64,000 bases of DNA from a virus. The notes under the pieces are model-generated. The model was not told the DNA's origin, ran no database searches, and worked only from the letters and a program-made list of their open reading frames with translations. The translations under genes were made by a program, and so were the position numbers. The stretch spans positions 33,841-97,840 of IMG/VR virus record IMGVR_UViG_3300005288_000003; one strand, given 5' to 3'. This document shows positions 20,061 to 26,541 of the stretch, piece by piece (the first letter of the stretch is position 1; every line of letters starts with the position of its first letter).

Positions 20061-20134
20061 TGGGGTGACGCAGAGATTCGAACTCTTTCAACCGGGTCAC
20101 AACCGGAAGTCTCAGCCAGAGAGAACGACGCCAC
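20061..20134 (-). tRNA. tRNA-His(GTG)
   Basis: CCGG-TT-GTG-AC-CCGG; C discriminator; CCA. Confidence 0.85.
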
Positions 20135-20136
20135 AG

Positions 20137-20248
20137 TCAAGCGTGTTGCTTATCGCGTTTGCTGCCGCTTTCTCCCAGCGATACCCGAAGGCTTGATAGG
20201 ACGGTACGATGTCTGCCCTCACTGCACGAATGCTTTCGGGTATAACAC
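20137..20248 (-). ncRNA. Putative structured RNA in tRNA spacer
   Basis: ATACCCGAAAGC/GCCTTCGGGTAT stem, GTGTT/AACAC closing stem, extra hairpins; no ORF. Confidence 0.45.
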
Positions 20249-20262
20249 CTTTTCAACAAAAT

Positions 20263-20324
20263 TGGGTGCAGGACCGGGAGTGCATGCCCGAATTTCCCAA
20301 CCGTCTCCTTGACAGTTGCCTACA
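20263..20324 (-). ncRNA. tRNA-like mini-RNA lacking a D-arm and anticodon loop
   Basis: TGTAGG/CCTGCA-C-CCA, T-like arm TCGGG/CCCGG, one 8-bp hairpin with AAGGA loop. Confidence 0.55.
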
Positions 20325-20328
20325 TAAT

Positions 20329-20402
20329 TGGTCAGGGTGGAAGGTAACGCTCCTTCTTCTCAGGATTCCAAATCCAGCACATCACTTTAATGCTTCACCG
20401 AG
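20329..20402 (-). tRNA. tRNA-Pro(TGG), atypical T-loop
   Basis: Loop TT-TGG-AA; T-loop AGCGTTA; ACCA. Confidence 0.75.
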
Positions 20403-20407
20403 ATAAA

Positions 20408-20533
20408 TCATTTCGTGATTCGAATACCGAACCACCAGAAGTCGATCCTTACGGACCAACGAGAATCGTTTTGTCCAAAGCCAACTCGCACCATACGGTT
20501 GTTGGGTTCCATTTGCACTTTATTGAATCTCAT
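20408..20533 (-). CDS. Small hypothetical protein (41 aa) inside the tRNA array
   Basis: AGGAG RBS; MRFNKVQMEPNNRMVRVGFG. Confidence 0.55.
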   Translation of the reverse strand: MRFNKVQMEPNNRMVRVGFGQNDSRWSVRIDFWWFGIRITK

Positions 20534-20552
20534 TTCATACTCCTGTTTAAAT

Positions 20553-20637
20553 TGGTGGTTGTTCAAGGACTCGAACCTTGGATGTATCATTGTGCCGGGT
20601 TACAGCCGGTTCTCTTCGCCGCTAGAGTAAAACAACC
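20553..20637 (-). tRNA. tRNA-Tyr(GTA)
   Basis: CCGG-CT-GTA-AC-CCGG; long variable region; ACCA. Confidence 0.9.
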
Positions 20638-20645
20638 ATTTAAAT

Positions 20646-20722
20646 TGGCAGGCAATAGAGGACTCGAACCTCCCATCTGCTGGTTAACAGCCAGCGACCC
20701 ACGCCCGGTGAGATCATTGCCT
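20646..20722 (-). tRNA. tRNA-Asn(GTT)
   Basis: GCTGG-CT-GTT-AA-CCAGC; GCCA. Confidence 0.9.
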
Positions 20723-20729
20723 AGAAATC

Positions 20730-20799
20730 TTCCACGTATGTTTTGGCTCGCCGTGGAACGAGGGGCCGAGATTTTTATTCCGCTTCGGACGCAGAGCGG
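20730..20799 (-). ncRNA. Two tandem H-type pseudoknots
   Basis: CCGCT/AGCGG + CCGA/TCGG; CTCG/CGAG + TTCCACG/CGTGGAA; A-rich linkers. Confidence 0.5.
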
Positions 20800-20823
20800 T
20801 ACAGTGGGGAGCAACCCAGTGTT

Positions 20824-20904
20824 TGGTTGCGAAGGGTGGAATCGAACCACTTGCGTCCGGTTATGAGCCGGTTGACACTTGCCTTGCGTCTTAGCGCCCT
20901 CGCA
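20824..20904 (-). tRNA. tRNA-Met/Ile2(CAT)
   Basis: CCGG-CT-CAT-AA-CCGG; enlarged D region; ACCA. Confidence 0.8.
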
Positions 20905-20910
20905 TTTGTT

Positions 20911-20986
20911 TGGTTGCCGGAGCAGGGCTTGAACCTGCGACCTACCGCTTATCAAGCAGTTGCTCTACCAACTGAGCTATCCGGCA
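20911..20986 (-). tRNA. tRNA-Ile(GAT)
   Basis: Canonical cloverleaf; loop TT-GAT-AA. Confidence 0.95.
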
Positions 20987-20992
20987 TTAAAT

Positions 20993-21066
20993 TGGTGCCC
21001 CATCACGGAATCGAACCGCATTCTCAACGTTACAAAGGTCATGTAATACCAATATACTAAAAGGGC
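20993..21066 (-). tRNA. tRNA-Thr(TGT)
   Basis: Loop TT-TGT-AA; ACCA. Confidence 0.85.
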
Positions 21067-21070
21067 ATGT

Positions 21071-21207
21071 AGCCCCTTACGAGGGCCATGCGGGCGTAGT
21101 TGCATCATGCTTGAGCCTTACCACAGGCCCACTTTACCGCGTTGATGTTTGCGGGATAAGCCTACCGAGATGGCTTTCTCATTGCGACATTTCTGTCCTC
21201 GGGCAAC
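21071..21207 (-). ncRNA. Putative multi-stem structured RNA in tRNA spacer
   Basis: CCGAG/CTCGG enclosing GACA-GAAA-TGTC; CCGC/GCGG; GCCCTC-GTAA-GGGGC; GTTGC/GCAAC. Confidence 0.5.
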
Positions 21208-21211
21208 AAAT

Positions 21212-21286
21212 TGGCGGTTTATAAGGGAGTTGAACCCTTCCCTCTGGCGTGACAGGCCAGTGTACTAACCGATATACTAATAGACC
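21212..21286 (-). tRNA. tRNA-Asp(GTC)
   Basis: CTGGC-CT-GTC-AC-GCCAG; GCCA. Confidence 0.9.
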
Positions 21287-21290
21287 AAAT

Positions 21291-21367
21291 TGGTACTCTG
21301 CCGGGGACTCGAACCCCGTTCATGAGGGTGAAAACCTCATATCCTAAACCGCGTAGACGAGCAGAGC
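21291..21367 (-). tRNA. tRNA-Glu(TTC)
   Basis: TGAGG-TT-TTC-AC-CCTCA. Confidence 0.9.
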
Positions 21368-21377
21368 ATTTGTTTCT

Positions 21378-21503
21378 TTACTTGGCAGAAGGTGGTTTAC
21401 CCGGCTTGCCTTTGTTCGGATGACGACCTTTAGGGTCTTTGCGAGAAGCCTTGTCAACCGGAGCGTGTTCTTTTGTAGCATCGTAATACTTCGACATCTT
21501 CAT
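21378..21503 (-). CDS. Small basic protein (~40 aa) inside the tRNA array
   Basis: AAGGAG RBS; MKMSKYYDATKEHAPVDKASRKDPKGRHPNKGKPGKPPSAK. Confidence 0.55.
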   Translation of the reverse strand: MKMSKYYDATKEHAPVDKASRKDPKGRHPNKGKPGKPPSAK

Positions 21504-21522
21504 TTCTCCTTTGTTTTGAATT

Positions 21523-21598
21523 TGGTACAGATGATAGGATTCGAACCTATCTGGTACGCCTTCGTAGGGCGCTGCCTATCCAATCGAGCCACACCTGT
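21523..21598 (-). tRNA. tRNA-Arg(ACG)
   Basis: GCGCC-CT-ACG-AA-GGCGT. Confidence 0.9.
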
Positions 21599-21620
21599 AT
21601 ATCTTGTTGCTATAAGGAGG

Positions 21621-21648
21621 ATTCTACACGACATTTGCACAATGTCAA
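21621..21648 (-). promoter_or_regulatory. sigma70 promoter inside the tRNA array
   Basis: TTGACA-N16-TAGAAT with AT-rich upstream element. Confidence 0.75.
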
Positions 21649-21662
21649 GCGTTTATTTAAAA

Positions 21663-22113
21663 TTATTTTAGATTGTGATCAAATTCCCAATGGCAGTTCG
21701 GACAAAGAAGCATCAGGTTACTGCGGGCATTGATCACACTCAGCATCGTATCGTCAGGGAAGTCAGCCACTGCTCTGATATGTGCAACCTCTACGTGCTT
21801 ATCATATCCACACTTTTGACATAAAAACAGGCTCAGCAGCTACAGAGGCTCTTGCTCGACTGCGAACTAAAGCATAGGCGGAAGACCTATGATGTTTCTC
21901 GTAGATAGCTTCTGCAAGCGTCATATCCTTCACGATGTGAGCACTATGTTCATCACAGACAGTTCTTCGACCGCTTACAGGGATTGAACATACTTTACAC
22001 GCTCTTTGTACTCTGGCTCTCTTCGGCGTCTTGTTCGTCACTGTTGTGGCACAAGTCCTACTGCAATATTTTCTATTCTTTGTGGGCGTTCCACAATTTC
22101 CGCAATCGATCAT
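21663..22113 (-). pseudogene. HNH endonuclease split by a +1 frameshift
   Basis: Removing one T from GTTTTTA (~21822-21828) restores LCQKCGYDKHVEVAHI...NLMLLCPNCHWEFDHNLK. Confidence 0.75.
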
Positions 22114-22126
22114 GATGCTCCTTATT

Positions 22127-22201
22127 TGGTAGACCTGCTTGGGATCAAACCAAGACTAACTCTTTAGAAGAGAGTTGTGCGATTCACTACACTACAAGTC
22201 C
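22127..22201 (-). tRNA. tRNA-Arg(TCT)
   Basis: ACTCT-CT-TCT-AA-AGAGT; T-loop TTTGATC. Confidence 0.85.
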
Positions 22202-22223
22202 AGAAGGCTCCTGCACATCCACT

Positions 22224-22346
22224 GTACCAATCCAGCATGCTGCTATCACAATCAAGACCCTTAATTCGAGGACGACATTTATAGCACGCAGTCGTCTGTG
22301 CGTCAACACCCTGAGTTGGTTTCAGAGTCATACCAAGGCGCGGTAC
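22224..22346 (-). ncRNA. Pseudoknot-containing structured RNA
   Basis: ACGCA/TGCGT + GACGAC/GTCGTC; TTGGT/ACCAA + ACTCTGA/TCAGGGT; GTACC/GGTAC closing. Confidence 0.5.
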
Positions 22347-22349
22347 GTT

Positions 22350-22425
22350 TGGAAGAGGATACTGGAATCGAACCAGTCTAAACGGAGTCAAAGTCCGGTG
22401 CCTAACGCCAATCGGCCAACCCTCA
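22350..22425 (-). tRNA. tRNA-Gln(TTG)
   Basis: CGGA-CT-TTG-AC-TCCG. Confidence 0.9.
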
Positions 22426-22480
22426 ATTAAATAGTACCGGCCATCAGGAAAGACATGGCCATGCCCTCCATCCGACCTAG

Positions 22481-22563
22481 TTGACTTCCTCTGTATTCTT
22501 TGTAGGCTCCAATACCCAGTATCACCTGCCGGGGCTCGAACCCGGTATACAGTTACTCATCAA
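22481..22563 (-). ncRNA. Circularly permuted tRNA-like RNA (YrlA/Y-RNA-like)
   Basis: T-arm CCGGG-TTCGAGC-CCCGG lies 5' of a short hairpin and a D-like arm; all closed by CTGTAT/ATACAG. Confidence 0.55.
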
Positions 22564-22567
22564 TGTT

Positions 22568-22654
22568 TGGTGCCCCCAGTCGGACTCGAACCGACACGCA
22601 TATTTCAGCCACAGGGTCTAAGCCTGCTACGTCTACCAATTCCATCACAGGGAC
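22568..22654 (-). tRNA. tRNA-Leu(TAG)
   Basis: GCAGG-CT-TAG-AC-CCTGT; variable arm. Confidence 0.9.
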
Positions 22655-22668
22655 GTGATATTTCAATT

Positions 22669-22742
22669 TGGTGCTTCTTGATGGAATCGAACCACCGTAG
22701 CCACCGTGTAAGGATGGCGTTCTACCATTAAACTAAAGAAGC
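22669..22742 (-). tRNA. tRNA-Val(TAC)
   Basis: CCATC-CT-TAC-AC-GGTGG. Confidence 0.9.
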
Positions 22743-22743
22743 T

Positions 22744-22828
22744 TGGTCGGGATAGTGAGACTCGAACTCACATGGCCGAAGCCCACAGGGTTTGAACCTG
22801 CTGCGAATACCAGTTCCGCCACATCCCG
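22744..22828 (-). tRNA. tRNA-Leu(CAA)
   Basis: GCAGG-TT-CAA-AC-CCTGT; variable arm GGC-TTCG-GCC. Confidence 0.9.
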
Positions 22829-22834
22829 TTTATT

Positions 22835-22923
22835 TGGAGGCTAGTGTGAGATTCGAACTCACGAGCCGTTTCCGACTGTCGGTTTTCAAGACCGGTGCTT
22901 TTTATCCACTCAGCCAACTAGCC
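22835..22923 (-). tRNA. tRNA-Ser(TGA)
   Basis: CGGT-CT-TGA-AA-ACCG; long variable arm. Confidence 0.9.
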
Positions 22924-22929
22924 ATGTTT

Positions 22930-23019
22930 TGGTAGCGGATGTAGGATTCGAACCTACGGGGCCATTTCTGACCCGACGCTTTAGCAAAGCGTTAGATTAA
23001 GCCACTCTCTCAATCCGCT
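22930..23019 (-). tRNA. tRNA-Ser(GCT)
   Basis: ACGCT-TT-GCT-AA-AGCGT; long variable arm. Confidence 0.9.
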
Positions 23020-23026
23020 ATAAATT

Positions 23027-23103
23027 TGGTCGGACGCCTCGGACTTGAACCGAGTAAGGCCGGATTAAAAGTCCGGTGCCGGGACCACTTTAGCTTGCGT
23101 CCA
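23027..23103 (-). tRNA. tRNA-Lys(TTT)
   Basis: CCGGA-CT-TTT-AA-TCCGG. Confidence 0.9.
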
Positions 23104-23137
23104 ATGTGGAGCATTAAATCACATGGGATATATCGTG

Positions 23138-23455
23138 TCAACCATGTAGTTGGAAAATTGTTGCTGATGGTGCTTCACCGTTGCCGACATCTTCACCCTC
23201 GCCACGAGCGATAGCCTTCAAAGCCTTGTCAGCCTTCAATAGAGCTACATACATGTTGGCGATGTCCTGTGCCATTTTGAATTGCTTCTCTGGCGTCAGG
23301 TTGTCTGCGGTTGCTGCTTCGACCATACGATTCAGAGCAGGGCCAAAGGCGCGCTTGAGGATTCGTAGGCCACCATCTAGTTCTGAGCGTTCTGCTGACT
23401 TCGCTAGAGCTTCCTCTCGCGTCGGTCTGCCACCCTTGTTTGGTGTTGTTGACAT
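23138..23455 (-). CDS. Hypothetical protein, possible terminase small subunit
   Basis: N-terminal KGGRPT, helical, same strand upstream of terL; function is a guess. Confidence 0.45.
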   Translation of the reverse strand: MSTTPNKGGRPTREEALAKSAERSELDGGLRILKRAFGPALNRMVEAATADNLTPEKQFKMAQDIANMYVALLKADKALKAIARGEGEDVGNGEAPSATIFQLHG

Positions 23456-23568
23456 ATGTCATCGTTCCTTCAAATAGGTGTGATCCGTGGAATTACTCGG
23501 TGAAAGGAGGAGAACACCAAAACCCGGATCACATAAACTGTAGAGACATTATCTGTCTGTATGTGATG

Positions 23569-23597
23569 ATTGTAACATCAGTTCTTGCACCTGTCAA
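23569..23597 (-). promoter_or_regulatory. sigma70 promoter
   Basis: TTGACA-N17-TACAAT. Confidence 0.75.
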
Positions 23598-23618
23598 TAG
23601 CACAGAAGAAATATAATG

Positions 23619-23819
23619 TCAATAATCTGTTGTTGATGATTTCATGGCTGTCACACCATCGATGGGATACCGCCCGCCTACATACTCTCTTTCAGGTGCG
23701 GAATGCTTGCTCATAAATTGGCATGCAAAACACAAATCTTCTTCTTGTTTTGTATCTGGATTATATCGAGGGATTTCATGTTTTGTTAGCGCGTTATTAC
23801 ATGCTCTGCATCGGGACAT
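23619..23819 (-). CDS. Small zinc-finger protein
   Basis: CRAC...LCFAC; AAGGA RBS. Confidence 0.65.
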   Translation of the reverse strand: MSRCRACNNALTKHEIPRYNPDTKQEEDLCFACQFMSKHSAPEREYVGGRYPIDGVTAMKSSTTDY

Positions 23820-23901
23820 GGATTGGTTCCTTCTATTGGTTTGTTATTTCACATAGTCTCCTTCTATATTTCATATGATGATGGATTGTATGTGGATGGG
23901 T

Positions 23902-23929
23902 TAAGTGGTTGATTTATAAGATGTTGATC
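23902..23929 (-). promoter_or_regulatory. Two tandem IHF-like sites
   Basis: AATCAA-CCAC-TTA (matches WATCAAN4TTR) and GATCAA-CATC-TTA. Confidence 0.4.
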
Positions 23930-23950
23930 TTATGGGGATAGATTCTTAAC

Positions 23951-24224
23951 GGAAGGTAGACTCAGCCCAAGGGATCGCCATACACAAAAGTGCCTAAGAC
24001 GAAACCTTGGTCTACCTTCCACAAGTTCTCATGAGGATGAGTTCTTGAACGGCCTGTATGGACAGGAGACAGCGTTTGCTGTCAGGTTCTGGTCATTCCC
24101 TCCGAAGAGGTCAGCTCCACGCTATAACCAGATGAGACTCAGCTTGCCCGTGTGGAATCCTCTTCATGGGCTACATCGTTGGCCGGTGAGTGATGCTTTC
24201 GCAGACATATCTCTCCAACGACAT
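23951..24224 (-). ncRNA. Large multi-hairpin ncRNA or leader
   Basis: Seven consecutive stems, including cTTCGg and GAAA tetraloops, right after a consensus promoter. Confidence 0.6.
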
Positions 24225-24229
24225 TCACG

Positions 24230-24258
24230 ACTATAACCGACAAGCGGCTTAATGTCAA
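24230..24258 (-). promoter_or_regulatory. sigma70 promoter (leftward)
   Basis: TTGACA-N17-TATAGT. Confidence 0.8.
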
Positions 24259-24281
24259 GCAATATATCTCATTCCAGTGTA

Positions 24282-24310
24282 TTGACAACTCAGATAGGCA
24301 GTGTTACTAT
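24282..24310 (+). promoter_or_regulatory. sigma70 promoter (rightward)
   Basis: TTGACA-N17-TACTAT. Confidence 0.75.
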
Positions 24311-24341
24311 CGAGCTTCAATTCACAGAAAGGAGAACTACA

Positions 24342-24776
24342 ATGACAGAATTCGTTGATGTAGTAGAAGTCAATCCGATAGTGTTTGTCAACAAAATTGT
24401 TGAACAGATTGCGAAAGGCTTCTACGTGCAGAACACAATCGCTGGATACCCGCTGGTTGGCCTGCCTTACCAAATCCGGCTCTTCGAGACTGACGAACCA
24501 GAAGTCCGCAACAAACTGGACAGCGAGGTTCACACAGTCGTCGTTGAAGGCTACGACATCATGCGTTGGTTGCTCGACGTGCAAGACGTGGCCCTGCAAG
24601 GATTCGTTATGTCGCTCACAGGAGCCTCTGTAGACAACTACAAGAGCGTTACGATGTCCAAGCCTGCACCCGTCAAGTTCGACCTCGGAATCGTCGCAGA
24701 GAAGCCTGTAGAAGCTCCAGCAGCTAAACCGAAACGTACAACCAAATCTAAACCAACTCAAGGAGAAACAGAATGA
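24342..24776 (+). CDS. Hypothetical protein
   Basis: Start MTEFVD after AAGGAG. Confidence 0.75.
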   Translation: MTEFVDVVEVNPIVFVNKIVEQIAKGFYVQNTIAGYPLVGLPYQIRLFETDEPEVRNKLDSEVHTVVVEGYDIMRWLLDVQDVALQGFVMSLTGASVDNYKSVTMSKPAPVKFDLGIVAEKPVEAPAAKPKRTTKSKPTQGETE

Positions 24777-25165
24777 CCGAACAAACCAAGCCAGTAAAAC
24801 TGACCAAAGCTCAGAAAGAGTTCTTCGGAACTTTCGCATCTAATGCTGTCGAGAACATCCTCGGCCCAGTGCTGGAATTCAAAGGTGTTGAAATTACCGC
24901 TGAACAAGTGCGTGAAGTTGTTAAGACTTTGGATCTGACCGACCTGACCAACGCAATTGGCCGTGCATTCATCGAACGTGTGGACTTCAAAACCATCCTG
25001 AAAGTTGACAAGTTCATGAAGAGCGAAGAGTTTGCCAGTGTTGTTGCAGCTTCTACCGAAGTGAACGGATTGGTGCAAGGTGAGCTGGTACAAGTTGTTG
25101 CTCCGCTCATCCCAAGTGATGAACCCGAGCCAAGTGCAGAAGAACTGGCCGATCTGGCCGCGTAA
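24773..25165 (+). CDS. Hypothetical protein
   Basis: AAGGAG RBS; followed by GGGCGC-TTCG-GCGCCC hairpin. Confidence 0.75.
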   Translation: MTEQTKPVKLTKAQKEFFGTFASNAVENILGPVLEFKGVEITAEQVREVVKTLDLTDLTNAIGRAFIERVDFKTILKVDKFMKSEEFASVVAASTEVNGLVQGELVQVVAPLIPSDEPEPSAEELADLAA

Positions 25166-25204
25166 TCCATAAGGGCGCTTCGGCGCCCTCTGTTCGGAGG
25201 TGAC

Positions 25205-25963
25205 ATGAAACGCAATCAACAACAAGTCAAAAGTCGTCGTGAAGCAACCAAAGAAGAACGTGGCCGCACCGTCAAAGAGAAGTTTGTAGAAGCTCGTGAA
25301 GATGGACGCACCAAAGCCAACACCAAGCCTCTGGTTCCACGCAACGAGAAACAAGCACACTACATCCGCTCCATCAACGAAAACCCGCTCACCATCGCCA
25401 CCGGCTACGCTGGTACTTCCAAGACCTATATCCCTACTGTCATGGCCTGTGACGCCTACCTGAAAGGCGAAATCGACAAGATTGTGTTTGTTCGTCCGAA
25501 CGTATCCAACTCCAAGTCGCTCGGTATGTTTAAAGGGTCGGCTGTAGAGAAGATGGAAATGTGGCTGATGCCTGTTATCAACATCCTCCGTGATCGTTTG
25601 ACCGCTGGTGGACTTGAAACAGCAATCGAGAATGGCAACATCCAGTATGTTCCTCTGGAAGTTATCAAAGGTTTCAGTGCTGAGAATTGCTTCTTTATCG
25701 TAGACGAAGGTGAAGACATCACCATCGAAGAAGCGATCAAGATCGTAACTCGCCAAGGCCGTAACTGCAAAATGGTTATCTCGGGTGACGTTGGACAATC
25801 TGAACTGAAAGAACGCAGTGGTTTGAAATTCATCACGCACATGGTGCAAAAGTACAGCAACTTGAAGGCTGGCTTTGTTGACTTCAACCACGTAAACGAT
25901 ATCGAACGTGATGATTCCTGCAAACAATGGATCATCGCTCTGGCGAAGGAGGGTGTACAATGA
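25205..25963 (+). CDS. phoH: PhoH family ATPase
   Basis: GYAGTSKT, FIVDEGED, MVISGDVGQSE, DIER motifs. Confidence 0.9.
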   Translation: MKRNQQQVKSRREATKEERGRTVKEKFVEAREDGRTKANTKPLVPRNEKQAHYIRSINENPLTIATGYAGTSKTYIPTVMACDAYLKGEIDKIVFVRPNVSNSKSLGMFKGSAVEKMEMWLMPVINILRDRLTAGGLETAIENGNIQYVPLEVIKGFSAENCFFIVDEGEDITIEEAIKIVTRQGRNCKMVISGDVGQSELKERSGLKFITHMVQKYSNLKAGFVDFNHVNDIERDDSCKQWIIALAKEGVQ

Positions 25964-26541
25964 GTGAGAAACCAAGTCGTATTCTTGTAAAAGAACACAT
26001 CAGCAACGAATACAATTGCCGTATCGCACGGTACATCACAGACGCAGACGACTTCGATGATGAATTCGCCCTGATGTTCGGTGCTGGCCCTAACGATAGC
26101 ATCAAGTTCATGATCACTTCTGGTGGTGGTAGCCTTGACACGTGCAACCTACTGACCAAAGCAATCCGTGAAACTCAAGCTCACACCATCGCGTATATCG
26201 GCTCTACCTGTGCTTCTGCTGCTACCGCTATCGCCCTCGCGTGCGAAGAGTGGGAAGTGGACAGCCAATCGAGCTTCATGATCCACACCGCTTCGCTGGG
26301 TGTGTTTGGTAAGGCTCCAGAGATTGAAGTGGAACTGGCTCACAAGCTCAAACTGGTCCGTCGTTTCATCGAGGACACCTACACAGGCTTCTTGACACCA
26401 GATGAAATCGAGGAAGTGCTGCGTGGACAGGACAAATACTTCGAAGGCGATGAGCTGGTAGCTCGCCTGACAGGGTACGCCGAATACCGTGATGCTCTTC
26501 GTGAAGCACAACGGCTTGACAGCCAAGCAGAAGCAGCATAA
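25960..26541 (+). CDS. ClpP-like protease
   Basis: ITSGGGS, CASAA (catalytic Ser), FMIH. Confidence 0.85.
   Translation: MSEKPSRILVKEHISNEYNCRIARYITDADDFDDEFALMFGAGPNDSIKFMITSGGGSLDTCNLLTKAIRETQAHTIAYIGSTCASAATAIALACEEWEVDSQSSFMIHTASLGVFGKAPEIEVELAHKLKLVRRFIEDTYTGFLTPDEIEEVLRGQDKYFEGDELVARLTGYAEYRDALREAQRLDSQAEAA

Noticed and set aside
20135-21210. Theta/HDV-like or hammerhead ribozymes after tRNAs
   Set aside because: No nested double pseudoknot starts at a tRNA 3' end and no CUGANGA...GAAA core was found; the tRNAs already encode CCA.
22127-22201. Possible amber suppressor (CTA) reading of this tRNA
   Set aside because: The 5-bp stem ACTCT/AGAGT gives a 7-nt loop CT-TCT-AA, so it is Arg(TCT); genes also use normal stop codons.
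22202-22348. tmRNA or tmRNA fragment
   Set aside because: Pseudoknots are present, but there is no tRNA-like domain with G3:U70-ACCA and no tag frame ending in Ala-Ala-stop.
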